A DNA stretch of 64,000 bases from an uncultured Verrucomicrobiae bacterium (GCA_963751435.1 CAVVUP010000028.1:42608-106607); one strand, 5' to 3'; shown: positions 20,068 to 30,039, counted from the stretch's first letter. A program made the numbers and translations. The notes: generated from the sequence alone by a model not told the origin.

Positions 20068-21840
20068 TCAATCGTGTTGGGAAGGTTGTTGGGACTGAAT
20101 TGTTCTGCGATGCAGGCGGGGGCCGGTGATCTTCAAGCAGTAGGCGTACTGGCAGGGCTTTTCCGCAGGCAGACTGACAACCAACCCCTCGTCGGTCTGC
20201 CGCCAATCGAGTTTGCCACGGTGCCCCAGCAGGGTGACGTCGGTGATCTCGCCCGCGCCTTGGGCCAGCGAGCGGATGACGGCCTTGCCGTCCTCCGGCC
20301 ACGCCATCAGCCAGGCATAGACGGCGCCGTCCTTGGCGGTGAATCGGATGTCCCTGGCAGTGTAGGGAGTGCGGACCTGGTCCGGGCCGAGCCGTCCATT
20401 CGGCATCACCACCTGTCCCTCGCCCCAGGCGTCCCAAGCCCGGCTGCCATAGACCCCTTCGGAATTGACCCGCATCCAGTCGCCCATCTGCTGGAGCATG
20501 GCCACGCACTGCGGCTCGAGTCCGCCCTCGGGATCGACGGGCACGGCGCAGGCATAGTTGCCGCCGCGCGAGATGTATTCCAACAGACTGCGCACCAGGT
20601 TCACCGCCTCGTAGGTGTAGCCCGGCGCGTAATACCAGTCGCCGATGGGGTTCTCCCCGATCCACGCCTGGTTGGTCATGATCTTGTTCGGGATGTTGAC
20701 CTCATAGGTCATGCCGACGGCGGGGTTGCCCTGCTGGAACTTGATGAGCGCCAGCGTGTCCACCTTGCCGTGCTTCGCCAGCGACCGGTTGTAGAAATGC
20801 GCCACCACCCGGCGGGCGGCGTCGCACTTGAAGCCGGACCCGCTGTGATCGCCACTGAACGGTTCCGAGGAATTGCCGTCGGTGTAGAACATGTCGGGAT
20901 CATACTGGTCGATCGCGTCCATGATGCGCAGCGCCCAGCGTTCGGCATACCATTGGGCATAGGCCTGGTGATCTTGAAAGATGCCTTTGCGGGTGAAAGG
21001 AATCTCCGCGACCTGATCGTATTCGCCGAGGTTGATGTTGTAGAGCAGACGCGGATCGAGGCCTTGCCACCATTGGCCCTGGCCGTCGGCGAGAGTCAGG
21101 TGGCCATCGTAGGGGATCCCGGCTTTCGGCCCCTGGGCGTCCGACTTGTAGGCGTCCGCCCACCACCACCAACTGTATTCGTGATGGAAGGTGATGCAGA
21201 ACCGCATGCCGAGCTTGCGAGCCTCCTTCGACCAGCCGCCAATCATGTCCTTCTTGGGACCGACGTTCACCGCGTTCCAGGGGTTGTAGGCGGAGTTCCA
21301 GAGGTCGTAGTTGTCGTGGTGCACGCCGACCACCATCATGAAGCGCATCCCTGCGTCGTGGAAACGCTTTGTGAGGGCCGCGGCATCCCATTTCGGCGCC
21401 TTCCATGCGTTCAGCACGTCCTTGTAGCCGAACTCGGACGGGTGCCCGAAGTTCGAGAGGTGATTGTTGTAGGCGGGATGGCCCTGGCGATAGAGATTGC
21501 GCGCATACCAGTCGCCGCTCCGGCCCGAGGCTTGCGGACCCCAGTGAACGAAGACGCCGAACTTGGCCTGGCGGAACCAATCGGGCGCACCCGGATAGTT
21601 CTTCTTGATCGAATCCCACGTCGGCTCGAAGGGTCCCGGCGCGATCTTGAACTCCATTTTCACCTCGGAAAACTCCTTCGGATCGGCGGGTCGCTTGCTG
21701 TTCGGCGCAGCGGGAGCTGGAACCTCCGGTGCCGAAGTCAGCGACCATCCCGGCGACGGGGCGAAAGTGGTCTGCGCGGCCAGCAATGAGGGGCTCAGGG
21801 TGAGCATACAGCCAATGGACCAGATTGATCTTGTTTTCAT
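20068..21840 (-). CDS. alpha-L-fucosidase, GH29
   Basis: 590-aa ORF with a signal peptide. It carries the GH29 signature WFRQAKFGVFVHWGPQ, HDAGMRFMMVVGVHHDNYDLWNS and a C-terminal beta-sandwich. Confidence 0.8.
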   Translation of the reverse strand: MKTRSIWSIGCMLTLSPSLLAAQTTFAPSPGWSLTSAPEVPAPAAPNSKRPADPKEFSEVKMEFKIAPGPFEPTWDSIKKNYPGAPDWFRQAKFGVFVHWGPQASGRSGDWYARNLYRQGHPAYNNHLSNFGHPSEFGYKDVLNAWKAPKWDAAALTKRFHDAGMRFMMVVGVHHDNYDLWNSAYNPWNAVNVGPKKDMIGGWSKEARKLGMRFCITFHHEYSWWWWADAYKSDAQGPKAGIPYDGHLTLADGQGQWWQGLDPRLLYNINLGEYDQVAEIPFTRKGIFQDHQAYAQWYAERWALRIMDAIDQYDPDMFYTDGNSSEPFSGDHSGSGFKCDAARRVVAHFYNRSLAKHGKVDTLALIKFQQGNPAVGMTYEVNIPNKIMTNQAWIGENPIGDWYYAPGYTYEAVNLVRSLLEYISRGGNYACAVPVDPEGGLEPQCVAMLQQMGDWMRVNSEGVYGSRAWDAWGEGQVVMPNGRLGPDQVRTPYTARDIRFTAKDGAVYAWLMAWPEDGKAVIRSLAQGAGEITDVTLLGHRGKLDWRQTDEGLVVSLPAEKPCQYAYCLKITGPRLHRRTIQSQQPSQHD

Positions 21841-21978
21841 AAGTCTTCAGTGAGGGTTCAGCAGGTACGGGGCCTCGGTGCTTCCGAAATCCCAATGGTC
21901 ATCGTGTGCGTCCTTGATCATGTGTCACCCGTTGGGTCGTTGCAACGGACACTGACATCGACCGGAATCGCGGACCGC

Positions 21979-24900
21979 TTATTCAGACGTGAAAGTAACA
22001 CGCCAGCGCACCTCGCGGGCAACGGGCGAGCGGACCGTGACGCGTACGAGCCCCGGCTCCTCGATCAGCGAGGCCGTGACGCCGGCGGCCCGGTCGGCGG
22101 CGGAAAGTTCGACTGCGCGCGCTTTCCACGTGCGGCCGCCATCGCGCGTGCCGGCGATTCGCAATTCGTAGGGGTCGTTGCCGATCAGGCGGCTGACGCC
22201 GGAGAGGGCGGAGTCCTTCCACCGCTCCTCCACCACGTCAGTCATCCCCTGGGTCACATGGCGCGAGGTGCTGAGCAGCACGGGCCGGCCTTCGGCGGCG
22301 CGCACGGCCAGCACGCGACATTCCTGCGCCGGCACGTCGAACGCGAATGCCCCCCTGAATCCCGGCACGAGCTGATTGGCCCAGAAATCGAACACGTGGT
22401 AGGTCGCCTCCGATTCGAGGCCGGCCTTCGCCGCACCGCACTCCAACTTCACCGGCTGCTTGTCCCAATTGAAGAGCCCGAGCACATCGCGACGTCCGGC
22501 GGCCGGCTTGGTGCCGGTGACCAGCCAGATGCAGGGCACGTCACGCTCAAAGTAGTCCACCGGACGCGCGGCGGCACCGTGGGCGGCCATGGTCCGCTTG
22601 AGTATCTCGATGCGTTCCGGGGGAAGTGTCGGGAGCCAATCGCTGTTGAGCCAGAACGAGCCGCTCACCGCGATCCACGAGGTGATGAGCCGGGCATGCG
22701 TCAGCGGGATCGAAGCGCGGACGTAGCACGGGTCGGGGTCGTTCCACCAGACCCGGCCGTTGAGAAAGTAGAGGCGCGAGCCGCGGATCGGGCCGCGGAT
22801 GATGGCCTCCCAGTCGGGACCGTTGTCCGGCCCGATGCGCATCGAGTCCACCAGCCCCATGGAGCCGCCGAAACTGCGCATGTTCTGGCTGGCGCAGCAG
22901 CCGGAGAAGAAAACGTCGGGCCCGGCCGCGCGGCGGATCAGCTTCAGCCCGTCGCGGAAGGTTTCGATGCCGGTCTTGTTCGGGTCATGGAACGGCTGAT
23001 GGTTGCCGATCTGGTCGTCCTTGTAGCCGTCGTTGACGTAGATCTGTTCGGTGCTGGTGCCGGTCCACAGGCCGTCCATCTTGAAGTAGGTGTAGCCCCA
23101 GCCGCGGATGGTCTTGATGAGGGAAGTCAGGTGCGCCTGGACCTCCGGGTGCGTGAGGTCGAGGCTGGTGCCGCCCCACGAGGTCTCGTACGGCTTGCCA
23201 TCGAGGCGCTGGGTGAACCAGTGCTGGCGTTCCTTGTATTCCGGATCCTGGTGGTTGCGCGCAAAGGGCATGAACCAGAGGCCGGCGGTCAGCCCGAGCC
23301 GGTTGATCTTTTCCGCGACCGGCTGCATGCCGTTCGGATAAGGGCCGTCGGGCTTGGCGCGATCGAACCCGCGTCGCGGGCCGTTGTACTGGCCGCCGTC
23401 CTGCCACTCGTCGTCGATCTGCACGAAGGAGAATCCGAACGGCTTGAGCTCGCGCGACGCGAACTCGGCCAGGGCGACGACGTCCCGCTCGTTGCTGGCG
23501 CCGGCGCCGTTCTTCGGGTCGCCATGGCCGCCGACCTCCGAGTACCAGGTGCAGTAGCCACTGACCTGGGGATGCAGCTTGATGTGGTACTGCTTGCGGA
23601 TGGCGTCGGCGAACCACTCCTCCCCGATGCGCGCGTCGTCGAACAGGCCGACGGCCAATGTCTCCAACCGTTCGGACTTGCCCGGCGGAACCCGCAGATG
23701 GCCGTAGTCAATCTGCGCCTTGAACTCGACCCTGCCCTCCCGGATGCCGGAGAAGAGCACGCCGTCACCGCGGTCGTGGGTGATCCAGCCGGCCACCACG
23801 CCCCGGCGGGTTTCGGGATCCGCGCACGTCAGGAAAACGTAGCTGCCAGGGTGCTTGTCGGGCGCCGTGAGACCCGCTGTGCCCATCGTGCGCAGCGCGT
23901 CCGCGGGCCTGCCCAGGTCGAGGCTGAAGGTGGCCGGAACGACCCGCTGGAGGTCGGTTGCCGCCGCGCCGTCATTCGTGAGTTGCTTGCGGATGAACAG
24001 GAACGGCAAGTCTCTGTAGAGTTCCAATGAAGTGGCGCCGTCCACCTGCGGGACGAGTATTCTCCGCCCCTTGCCGAACACCGGGTCGCTTGCTGCTTCG
24101 GTCCGAACCGCGGCGCTTGGGGGACGCGTCAGTAGCGCGGGGTTCCACTCGTCCGTCCAGTCCACCTTGAACCCCTGCCCCTCGAACCGGACCGGCAGCC
24201 AGAAGTAACGCCCGTCAATCGCGTTGTCCGGACGCCACTGGTCAAACAGGGCGATGAACGTGCCGGGACGCCCCTGCACCGGCAGCAGGAAGGTGCTTTG
24301 CCCGCCGAACGCCTTCTCCGGCCCGAGTTTCATCTGCGGGTTGAATCCCACGCACGGGTTGCCGAGCTTGGTCCAGGGGCCGAAAATCGAGTCCGCCACC
24401 GCCGAGCGCGCCGCGTTCGGCGCCCAACCGGTGCAACCGGACGAGATCAGATAGTATCTCCCCTTGTGCTTCATCATCGCCGGGGCTTCGTTGTAGTCCA
24501 TGGGGAACACGCGGATATACTTCCCGGCAGGTTTCAGGTAGTCGTCGGACAATTGAGAGATCTGCAGCGTCGAGTTCTCCTCGGAGGCGTAGAGGTGATA
24601 GGCCTTGCCGTCGTCGTCCACGAACAGGTTCATGTCGCGCGCCATCTGGCCGCCGGCGAAGTCGCGGCGGAGGATCGTGTATTGCTCGCTTGCGAAAGCC
24701 GGCATGGAATCGCCGGTGATATGGGCCTGAGCCAGCGCTGCCGCCTCCCCGGTCGCCAGCGGTTTCTGCTGGTCCTTCGGCACGTTCAGCGGCCAGACCC
24801 CGGCGTTCGGGCGCATCGAATAGAGGTAAGTGAACGGGCCGGTCGGCGCGTCCGCCACCGCCACGCCGCTGCGCGCGGCCCCGTAGCCCTGGCCCTTGAG

Positions 24901-25413
24901 TTCGAGATGGAACCACATCACGAACCTGCCGGTCCGGGCGTTGAAGATCACCTTGGGCCGCTCGATGATGCAGCCCTTGACGATTTCACTGCGCGGGTCG
25001 TCCGAGACCTTCAGCGCAATGCCTTCGTCCTTCCAGTGGCGCAGGTCGCGAGACGAATAGACATGCACGCCCACCTGCGCCACGTTCCCGGCCTGGCCTT
25101 CGACCTTGTGTTCCCCATACCAATAATAGGTGCCCTGGTGGAACATCACGCCGCCGCCGTGCGCGTTGATGTGCGCGCCACTCGTGTCCGGCCAGATCTC
25201 CCCCTGCCGCAGAGGCGCGGACGCCTCCAGGCGCCCGTCCGTGATGAACTCCCGGCCGGAGGCCTTCTCTGCAACGGCGAACGTCCCCGCGCCTTCGTCA
25301 TACTTCACCGCCAGCGTTCCGTTGTCGACCGTGTGCACGGCGGCGACTGCCGAAAGAACGGCACTGCCCAAAACCGCCACGGTTGCGAATGGTATTCCCA
25401 TTTTCTTCATCAT
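21979..25413 (-). CDS. Two-module glycosidase: N-terminal GH43 (exo-beta-1,3-galactanase-like HGGG..YYWYGE) + C-terminal alpha-galactosidase-like (GH36/GH27 melibiase fold)
   Basis: The start is taken at MMKKMGIPFATVAVLGSAVLSAVAA (25413). The N-terminal module has INAHGGGVMFHQGTYYWYGEHK. The C-terminal module has FSFVQIDDEWQDGG, GLWFMPF and GYTYFKMDGLWTG. Confidence 0.65.
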   Translation of the reverse strand: MMKKMGIPFATVAVLGSAVLSAVAAVHTVDNGTLAVKYDEGAGTFAVAEKASGREFITDGRLEASAPLRQGEIWPDTSGAHINAHGGGVMFHQGTYYWYGEHKVEGQAGNVAQVGVHVYSSRDLRHWKDEGIALKVSDDPRSEIVKGCIIERPKVIFNARTGRFVMWFHLELKGQGYGAARSGVAVADAPTGPFTYLYSMRPNAGVWPLNVPKDQQKPLATGEAAALAQAHITGDSMPAFASEQYTILRRDFAGGQMARDMNLFVDDDGKAYHLYASEENSTLQISQLSDDYLKPAGKYIRVFPMDYNEAPAMMKHKGRYYLISSGCTGWAPNAARSAVADSIFGPWTKLGNPCVGFNPQMKLGPEKAFGGQSTFLLPVQGRPGTFIALFDQWRPDNAIDGRYFWLPVRFEGQGFKVDWTDEWNPALLTRPPSAAVRTEAASDPVFGKGRRILVPQVDGATSLELYRDLPFLFIRKQLTNDGAAATDLQRVVPATFSLDLGRPADALRTMGTAGLTAPDKHPGSYVFLTCADPETRRGVVAGWITHDRGDGVLFSGIREGRVEFKAQIDYGHLRVPPGKSERLETLAVGLFDDARIGEEWFADAIRKQYHIKLHPQVSGYCTWYSEVGGHGDPKNGAGASNERDVVALAEFASRELKPFGFSFVQIDDEWQDGGQYNGPRRGFDRAKPDGPYPNGMQPVAEKINRLGLTAGLWFMPFARNHQDPEYKERQHWFTQRLDGKPYETSWGGTSLDLTHPEVQAHLTSLIKTIRGWGYTYFKMDGLWTGTSTEQIYVNDGYKDDQIGNHQPFHDPNKTGIETFRDGLKLIRRAAGPDVFFSGCCASQNMRSFGGSMGLVDSMRIGPDNGPDWEAIIRGPIRGSRLYFLNGRVWWNDPDPCYVRASIPLTHARLITSWIAVSGSFWLNSDWLPTLPPERIEILKRTMAAHGAAARPVDYFERDVPCIWLVTGTKPAAGRRDVLGLFNWDKQPVKLECGAAKAGLESEATYHVFDFWANQLVPGFRGAFAFDVPAQECRVLAVRAAEGRPVLLSTSRHVTQGMTDVVEERWKDSALSGVSRLIGNDPYELRIAGTRDGGRTWKARAVELSAADRAAGVTASLIEEPGLVRVTVRSPVAREVRWRVTFTSE

Positions 25414-25441
25414 CGTCGTTGCCTTCTGAATCGTCAGGATC

Positions 25442-28231
25442 TCAGTGTTCGCCCGCCGAGAACACCCATTGGCCGGGATTGACCTCGTAACACTCATACC
25501 CGCCGATCCGTCCTTTGTAGGCCGCCCCGGGAACGGCGTCGGCCGGCTGGCCGTTGATCCGCACCGCGCCGCGCACCGGCAAGCCGACGGTCGCCTTGGT
25601 TCCGGCAGGGGACGTCAGCGTGAGCGTGAACTGTCCCGCCCCGCGCACGATGCCGGCCCGGATGTTCCCACGAACGGTCGGCACCACGGCACCGGCCTGT
25701 TGCAGCGGACCCATTTGAGGTTTGACGTGATACGTCGCAAAGCCCGGCGACGTCGGCGCAATACCCGCGACGTATTGCGACATCAGGGTGAGCGGGCCGC
25801 CGGACCATGCGTGGTTGAGCGTTCCCCCCGTGCCGAACAGTTCCCACAATGTCGTGAGGGGGCTGTCCACCATCTCCTGATAACGCAACTGCATGCGGGC
25901 CAGGGCGGCGGCAGGATCGTCCATGAGAAAGAGCGATTCCAGCACATACTTTTCCATGTAGGGCGAGGCGTTCCGGGTGCCGGCCAGGATCGTCTTGATC
26001 GCCGGGTACTTGTCCGTGCCGGCGATCCCGGCCACGACCGCCAGTCCGTTGGCGCGGTCGTCTGTGATCCCGCCGTATCCCGGATCACGGTAGGCGCTGC
26101 CGTTCCAGAACCGCTGATTCACCGCGTCGACGATAGCGTCCCGCTGCCGGCGATAGGCCGCGGCTTCGGCCGCTGTGCCCACCACATCCGCCATGCGCGC
26201 CGCGCCGTCCAGCGCCAGGCAGAACCACGCGTTGTCCAGCACCCGGGTGTCAATGTTCTCCCCCCAGTCCGCCCAATCCCAACCGTTCTCGCCCGACCGA
26301 TGCACAATCAACCCCTCACTGTCCGTCTGCCAGACCGAAAGATAATCCTTCACATGCGGATAGACGTTGGTGAGGGTCTGGGCGTCGCCGGTGTTGAGGT
26401 AATAGGTCCAGAAGCCGTATTTGCCGACACTGGCCAGCATCTGCTGGGGAAGCTCCTTGTCCCAGTTACCCGCCGGGATGGGAGAGAACAGGGTTTGGGT
26501 CGGACGCTGCCAGTGGACCAGGTTGTACATGCACTTGCGAATCAGCGCGTGCGACGAGGGGCTGAGCGAATAAAACACCTCGCCCAACTCGACCACGATG
26601 TCGCCCCACCACGCCGCGCGCTCGCGGTCCGGGCAGTCCATGAAGTTGTCGCGCATGGTGACATACAGGGTGCGCTGCGCCTTGGACCAGAGTTTGTTGT
26701 AGAACTCGCGGTCGCAGGTGAAGTGGCCGCTGAACTCGGTGTCGTAGCCGCTTTCACGGTATTTCAGGCCGAGGATCTGCATGCCGGCCGGGATTTGATA
26801 CACGACACTGTGGCCGTTCATCCAGGCCGGGGTCTCGAATTCCTGCACGCCGTCCCGGGTGACGTACTCGGCGTTGATCTCGTTGGCCGTGTTGTCCGTG
26901 CCCACCTTGAGGAACTGCCCGGACGGCCCGGACACCTTGAGCCAGGGCGTCACCTGGGCGTTGTAGGGCAGCCGTGCGGTGATCGCGGCGCCGGTGCTGA
27001 CGCTGGGAAGCGCGGCGGCATTCTCGTAGTCCTTCAGCCCGTAATCCTTCCACTGCGGAATCTCCCGCGGCCAGAGACGATTCCACGGTGCCGCCGGCGG
27101 CACCCCGAAGACGCTGGCTGCGTTCCACGCGCCATCGTCGAATCCGGGGCTGTTCCAACCCGGAAGGTCCAGGCGGGCGTCGAAGTGGACGGAGCTTTCC
27201 GGCAACCGGAAATTCGGCGTGTTGCCCGCCTCACCAAAGGCAGGGTGCCGGAGAACTTTCCAGGAGGCGTCCGATAGGATCCGGTTCGTCCCGGCCTCGA
27301 GTTCGAACAGGAAGCCGGCCTTGCCGCTGCTCTTGTGCGCGAACCCTTCCTTGCCCCAATACCAGGCGAGCACCGCGATGGTGTTGCTGCCCTCAGCCAG
27401 CCAAGGGCCGAGTTCGACCACATCAAAGTAGGTGTCCGATGGGTTCGGCCCGCGCTTCAAGCCGCCTTCGCGCACGACCATCTGGCCATTGACCCACAGC
27501 CAATACTTGGAATCCACCGCGATGCGCGCCAGGGCGGAAGCGGGCTTTCCCGCCAAAGAAAAGCTCTTACGGTAACAGGTCCAGAGATTGCGTTGCTCAG
27601 ACACGGGGCTCGTGTCAACGCCCAGCCAAGGCTGCATGCCCAGGCCACCCAGCACGCGTACCGGTTTCCATACGTTGGGGGACATGTCCCCAGCGCCTTC
27701 CCATTGGGCATCGGTCACGACTTCGTGACGCGAACCGTCTGCGCACACGATCTGCAGCTTCCCAATCAACCCGGCGGCATTGACCGGCCCGGAGGCCCGA
27801 TCATTGACAGCCTGCACCTCGATTTGATTGATGCCGGACCGCAGCGCCGTGGTGATGTCCACCACCGTCGCACGCCGCCAGTCCGTCCCACCCCCACACA
27901 ACTTGCCGTTGACGACCAGCTTGAAACGGTCGTCCGCAGCAAAGGCCGCGACAGCACAGGCCACCGGTGAGGACCCGTTCCACTCAATTTCCCGACGAAA
28001 GGTCCGCGCGCCCCCCGGGGCATTTCGGGTGGGATCCACGCCGACCTCGTCCGCCCAGATCCAGGAAGCGCCGGCCAGGCTCATCTGGGGGAGCGCCTGC
28101 GGACCCAACCATTGCCCCCGCCATGCCTGATCCGAGGGCGACTCCGCCGGAGCGGAGCACGTGGCCATCCAGGCCAGAAACAGGGCTGGCGTGATTCGAC
28201 TCACCGTTTGACGACGCAACATAAGGAACAT
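25442..28231 (-). CDS. GH78-like (alpha-L-rhamnosidase-related six-hairpin) glycosidase
   Basis: The start is taken at MFLMLRRQTVSRITPALFLAWMATCSAPA (ATG at 28231). It has SKYWLWVNGQMVV..GSNTIAVLAWYWG and the six-hairpin motif MDCPDRERAAWWGDIVVE. The first 81 residues of ORF-track entry 25442..28474 read through the repeat-rich leader. Confidence 0.7.
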   Translation of the reverse strand: MFLMLRRQTVSRITPALFLAWMATCSAPAESPSDQAWRGQWLGPQALPQMSLAGASWIWADEVGVDPTRNAPGGARTFRREIEWNGSSPVACAVAAFAADDRFKLVVNGKLCGGGTDWRRATVVDITTALRSGINQIEVQAVNDRASGPVNAAGLIGKLQIVCADGSRHEVVTDAQWEGAGDMSPNVWKPVRVLGGLGMQPWLGVDTSPVSEQRNLWTCYRKSFSLAGKPASALARIAVDSKYWLWVNGQMVVREGGLKRGPNPSDTYFDVVELGPWLAEGSNTIAVLAWYWGKEGFAHKSSGKAGFLFELEAGTNRILSDASWKVLRHPAFGEAGNTPNFRLPESSVHFDARLDLPGWNSPGFDDGAWNAASVFGVPPAAPWNRLWPREIPQWKDYGLKDYENAAALPSVSTGAAITARLPYNAQVTPWLKVSGPSGQFLKVGTDNTANEINAEYVTRDGVQEFETPAWMNGHSVVYQIPAGMQILGLKYRESGYDTEFSGHFTCDREFYNKLWSKAQRTLYVTMRDNFMDCPDRERAAWWGDIVVELGEVFYSLSPSSHALIRKCMYNLVHWQRPTQTLFSPIPAGNWDKELPQQMLASVGKYGFWTYYLNTGDAQTLTNVYPHVKDYLSVWQTDSEGLIVHRSGENGWDWADWGENIDTRVLDNAWFCLALDGAARMADVVGTAAEAAAYRRQRDAIVDAVNQRFWNGSAYRDPGYGGITDDRANGLAVVAGIAGTDKYPAIKTILAGTRNASPYMEKYVLESLFLMDDPAAALARMQLRYQEMVDSPLTTLWELFGTGGTLNHAWSGGPLTLMSQYVAGIAPTSPGFATYHVKPQMGPLQQAGAVVPTVRGNIRAGIVRGAGQFTLTLTSPAGTKATVGLPVRGAVRINGQPADAVPGAAYKGRIGGYECYEVNPGQWVFSAGEH

Positions 28232-28440
28232 GATTGTTTCCACCGCAAACCCTGTCACGCTGAAATGGGGGCGTACGACAGAATTATGGGAGGGCAGATG
28301 GATACTTCGCGCGAAGGCGCAAAGGCGCAAGGTCGGATTGACCAAACAAGAGCCCCCCTGCCGTTGCGCTGTGGCGCTCGGTGCTGTCTGTGGTTGATGC
28401 CTGCCCCTGAACCTGCCGTTCCGGAGCGCGGGTCCGCGAC

Positions 28441-28781
28441 CCGCAGCGGCCTCGAACAGGCGCGACGGCCTCAAGCTCGGGGAGTGCTGGCGGTAGGGCG
28501 CTGTGCGGCTTCCTTCCAGTTCGAGGGCGGGTTCCCAGTCCGAGGCTGCTGCGAGTTGGGGACAACTCGCGCTCCGTAAACGGACGAACGGCGGACCGCG
28601 GATTGTCTCAATCCGCAGCGGCCTCGAACAGGCGCGACGGCCTCAAGCTCGGGGAATGCTGGCGGTAGGGCGCTGTGCGGCTTCCTTCCAGTTCGAGGGC
28701 GGGTTCCCAGTGCGCGGCTGCTGCGAGTTGGGGGCAACTCGCGCTCCGTAAACGGACGAACGGCGGACTGCGGATTGTCTC
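28441..28781. repeat. Tandem direct repeat, 2 x ~172 bp (28441-28612 and 28613-28781), ~96% identical, with internal GC hairpins
   Basis: Direct reading shows both units start ccgcagcggcctcgaacaggcgcgacggcctcaagctcgggga and end cggacgaacggcgga(c/t)gcggattgtctc. Each contains the 8-bp stem gcgagttg-gggN-caactcgc. Confidence 0.9.
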
Positions 28782-28903
28782 TTTCGGGGAACAACCGTAG
28801 GACACTTCTGATCCCTGAGGGCACAAGAGAATGAGAGAAGGACCCTAGCCAAAAGGAGCTCGGTGGTTCGGATACTCGCGGCGGACGCTTTGAGCAGAGC
28901 AGT

Positions 28904-29161
28904 TCAGCCCGCCGGAGGAGCGGACGGCGGAGCTTGGGGGGCCAAAGCCCGGGCCTGCGCCTCGTGGCGCAACTGCCGCCGGACATGCAGGGCATAGGCA
29001 AATGCGATCAACAGCAAGCCGCCGCCAACGACCCACGACGGGTCGCCCGACAACACCGCCTGGGCCGCGGACGCCGCGCTCACAACTGTCTCACTGGAAG
29101 CATTCATGGCACTACCAACATCGCCAACAACAACAGAAATCACACCGCTCAAAAAGCTCAC
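28904..29161 (-). CDS. Hypothetical small single-pass membrane protein (weak call)
   Basis: 85-aa ORF with a GTG start (an internal ATG gives 67 aa). It has a hydrophobic stretch WVVGGGLLLIAFAYAL followed by HVRRQLR. Codon third positions are atypically AT-rich for this genome. Confidence 0.25.
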   Translation of the reverse strand: MSFLSGVISVVVGDVGSAMNASSETVVSAASAAQAVLSGDPSWVVGGGLLLIAFAYALHVRRQLRHEAQARALAPQAPPSAPPAG

Positions 29162-29291
29162 AACGCAGCCCGCTCAAGGCAGCGAACTGACCCACCCTCG
29201 AAGCCCGCGGGCCTGATCTCCGCGAACATTCTCCCCTGCCCTCCCGGGAGAAAGGCCCGGTCCCAAACGCCAAAATCGGTCAAGAACCGGT

Positions 29292-29318
29292 CTGAAAATC
29301 GGTCCGCTTCCGGACCGG
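29292..29318 (-). terminator. Putative rho-independent terminator after the PEP-CTERM gene
   Basis: On the minus strand the sequence reads GGTCCG-GAAG-CGGACC followed by GATTTTC, immediately downstream of the stop at 29341. Confidence 0.5.
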
Positions 29319-29340
29319 TCCCCCGCCGCGCCGCCCCCTC

Positions 29341-30000
29341 TCAGTCCTTCTTCAGGCGCCGCCGCACCAGCCCGCCCAGCGCCAGCACCCCGCCAAAAAT
29401 CCCCAACGCCACGTGCGCCGGTTCCGGCACCGCCGTGATGTCCAGGCTCCAACTGTCCAGCGTGCTCTGCTCTACCCCTCCCACGACATCCATGAAATAC
29501 AGCGTCCACGTGCCGTTGGGATTCTTCCCGTCATACAGCCCCAGCGGATTGCCCCCATTCTGCCGAAGCGCGCTGTCAAAGGCCGCCCCCGACGACAGCG
29601 GGCTGATCGCCCGCCCGTCCGGCGCCCACATCCCGGTCAGAACCGCGTCGCCTGCCGTGTGGATGTCGGTCGCCCCGTCGCTCAAAGTGACGTTCATCCC
29701 GGCGCCTGCGGAGCCAAACGGGTTGAGGGTCGTCAGGCCAATCCGGTTCAGCAACACGGCCGTCGTGCCGTCATACACCAGGTACCCGTAGAGATCGCCG
29801 TTGTAGCCTCCGGTGAGGTTCAAGAGCACGTTCACGTCGGTGAGCGAGCTGGCCTCGCCCGACACGGTGATTGAACTCGAGTACCAGGTCACCCCGTCCT
29901 GCGGGATCAAGGCGGTGAGTTCGCCGCTGGTATGCAGCGCCGACTGGGCCGGCAGGGCCAGACCAATTGTTACCATCGCGATCCAATGAATCTGTTTCAT
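29341..30000 (-). CDS. PEP-CTERM-anchored protein with proprotein-convertase P-domain-like module
   Basis: 219-aa ORF with a signal peptide. It has P-domain-like motifs (DVNVLLNLTGGYNGDLYGYLV ... NPNGTWTLYFMDVVGGVEQSTLDSWSLDIT). The C-terminal sorting tail is VPEPAHVALGIFGGVLALGGLVRRRLKKD. Confidence 0.8.
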   Translation of the reverse strand: MKQIHWIAMVTIGLALPAQSALHTSGELTALIPQDGVTWYSSSITVSGEASSLTDVNVLLNLTGGYNGDLYGYLVYDGTTAVLLNRIGLTTLNPFGSAGAGMNVTLSDGATDIHTAGDAVLTGMWAPDGRAISPLSSGAAFDSALRQNGGNPLGLYDGKNPNGTWTLYFMDVVGGVEQSTLDSWSLDITAVPEPAHVALGIFGGVLALGGLVRRRLKKD

Positions 30001-30039
30001 ACGTCTGTTCCTTGATGATTGTTCGTCCGTCGCCGTTCC

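Noticed and set aside
28441-28781. Possible CRISPR array
   Set aside because: There are only two directly abutting 172-bp units with no unique spacers. The unit length is far outside CRISPR repeat size, and there are no cas genes in the window.
28284-29001. ORFs 28471..29001 (176 aa), 28284..28565 and 28503..28751 as protein-coding genes
   Set aside because: They run through the tandem repeat on both strands and simply reiterate the same Pro/Arg/Ala-rich peptide. They have no start context or recognisable domain, as expected for open frames in GC-rich non-coding DNA.
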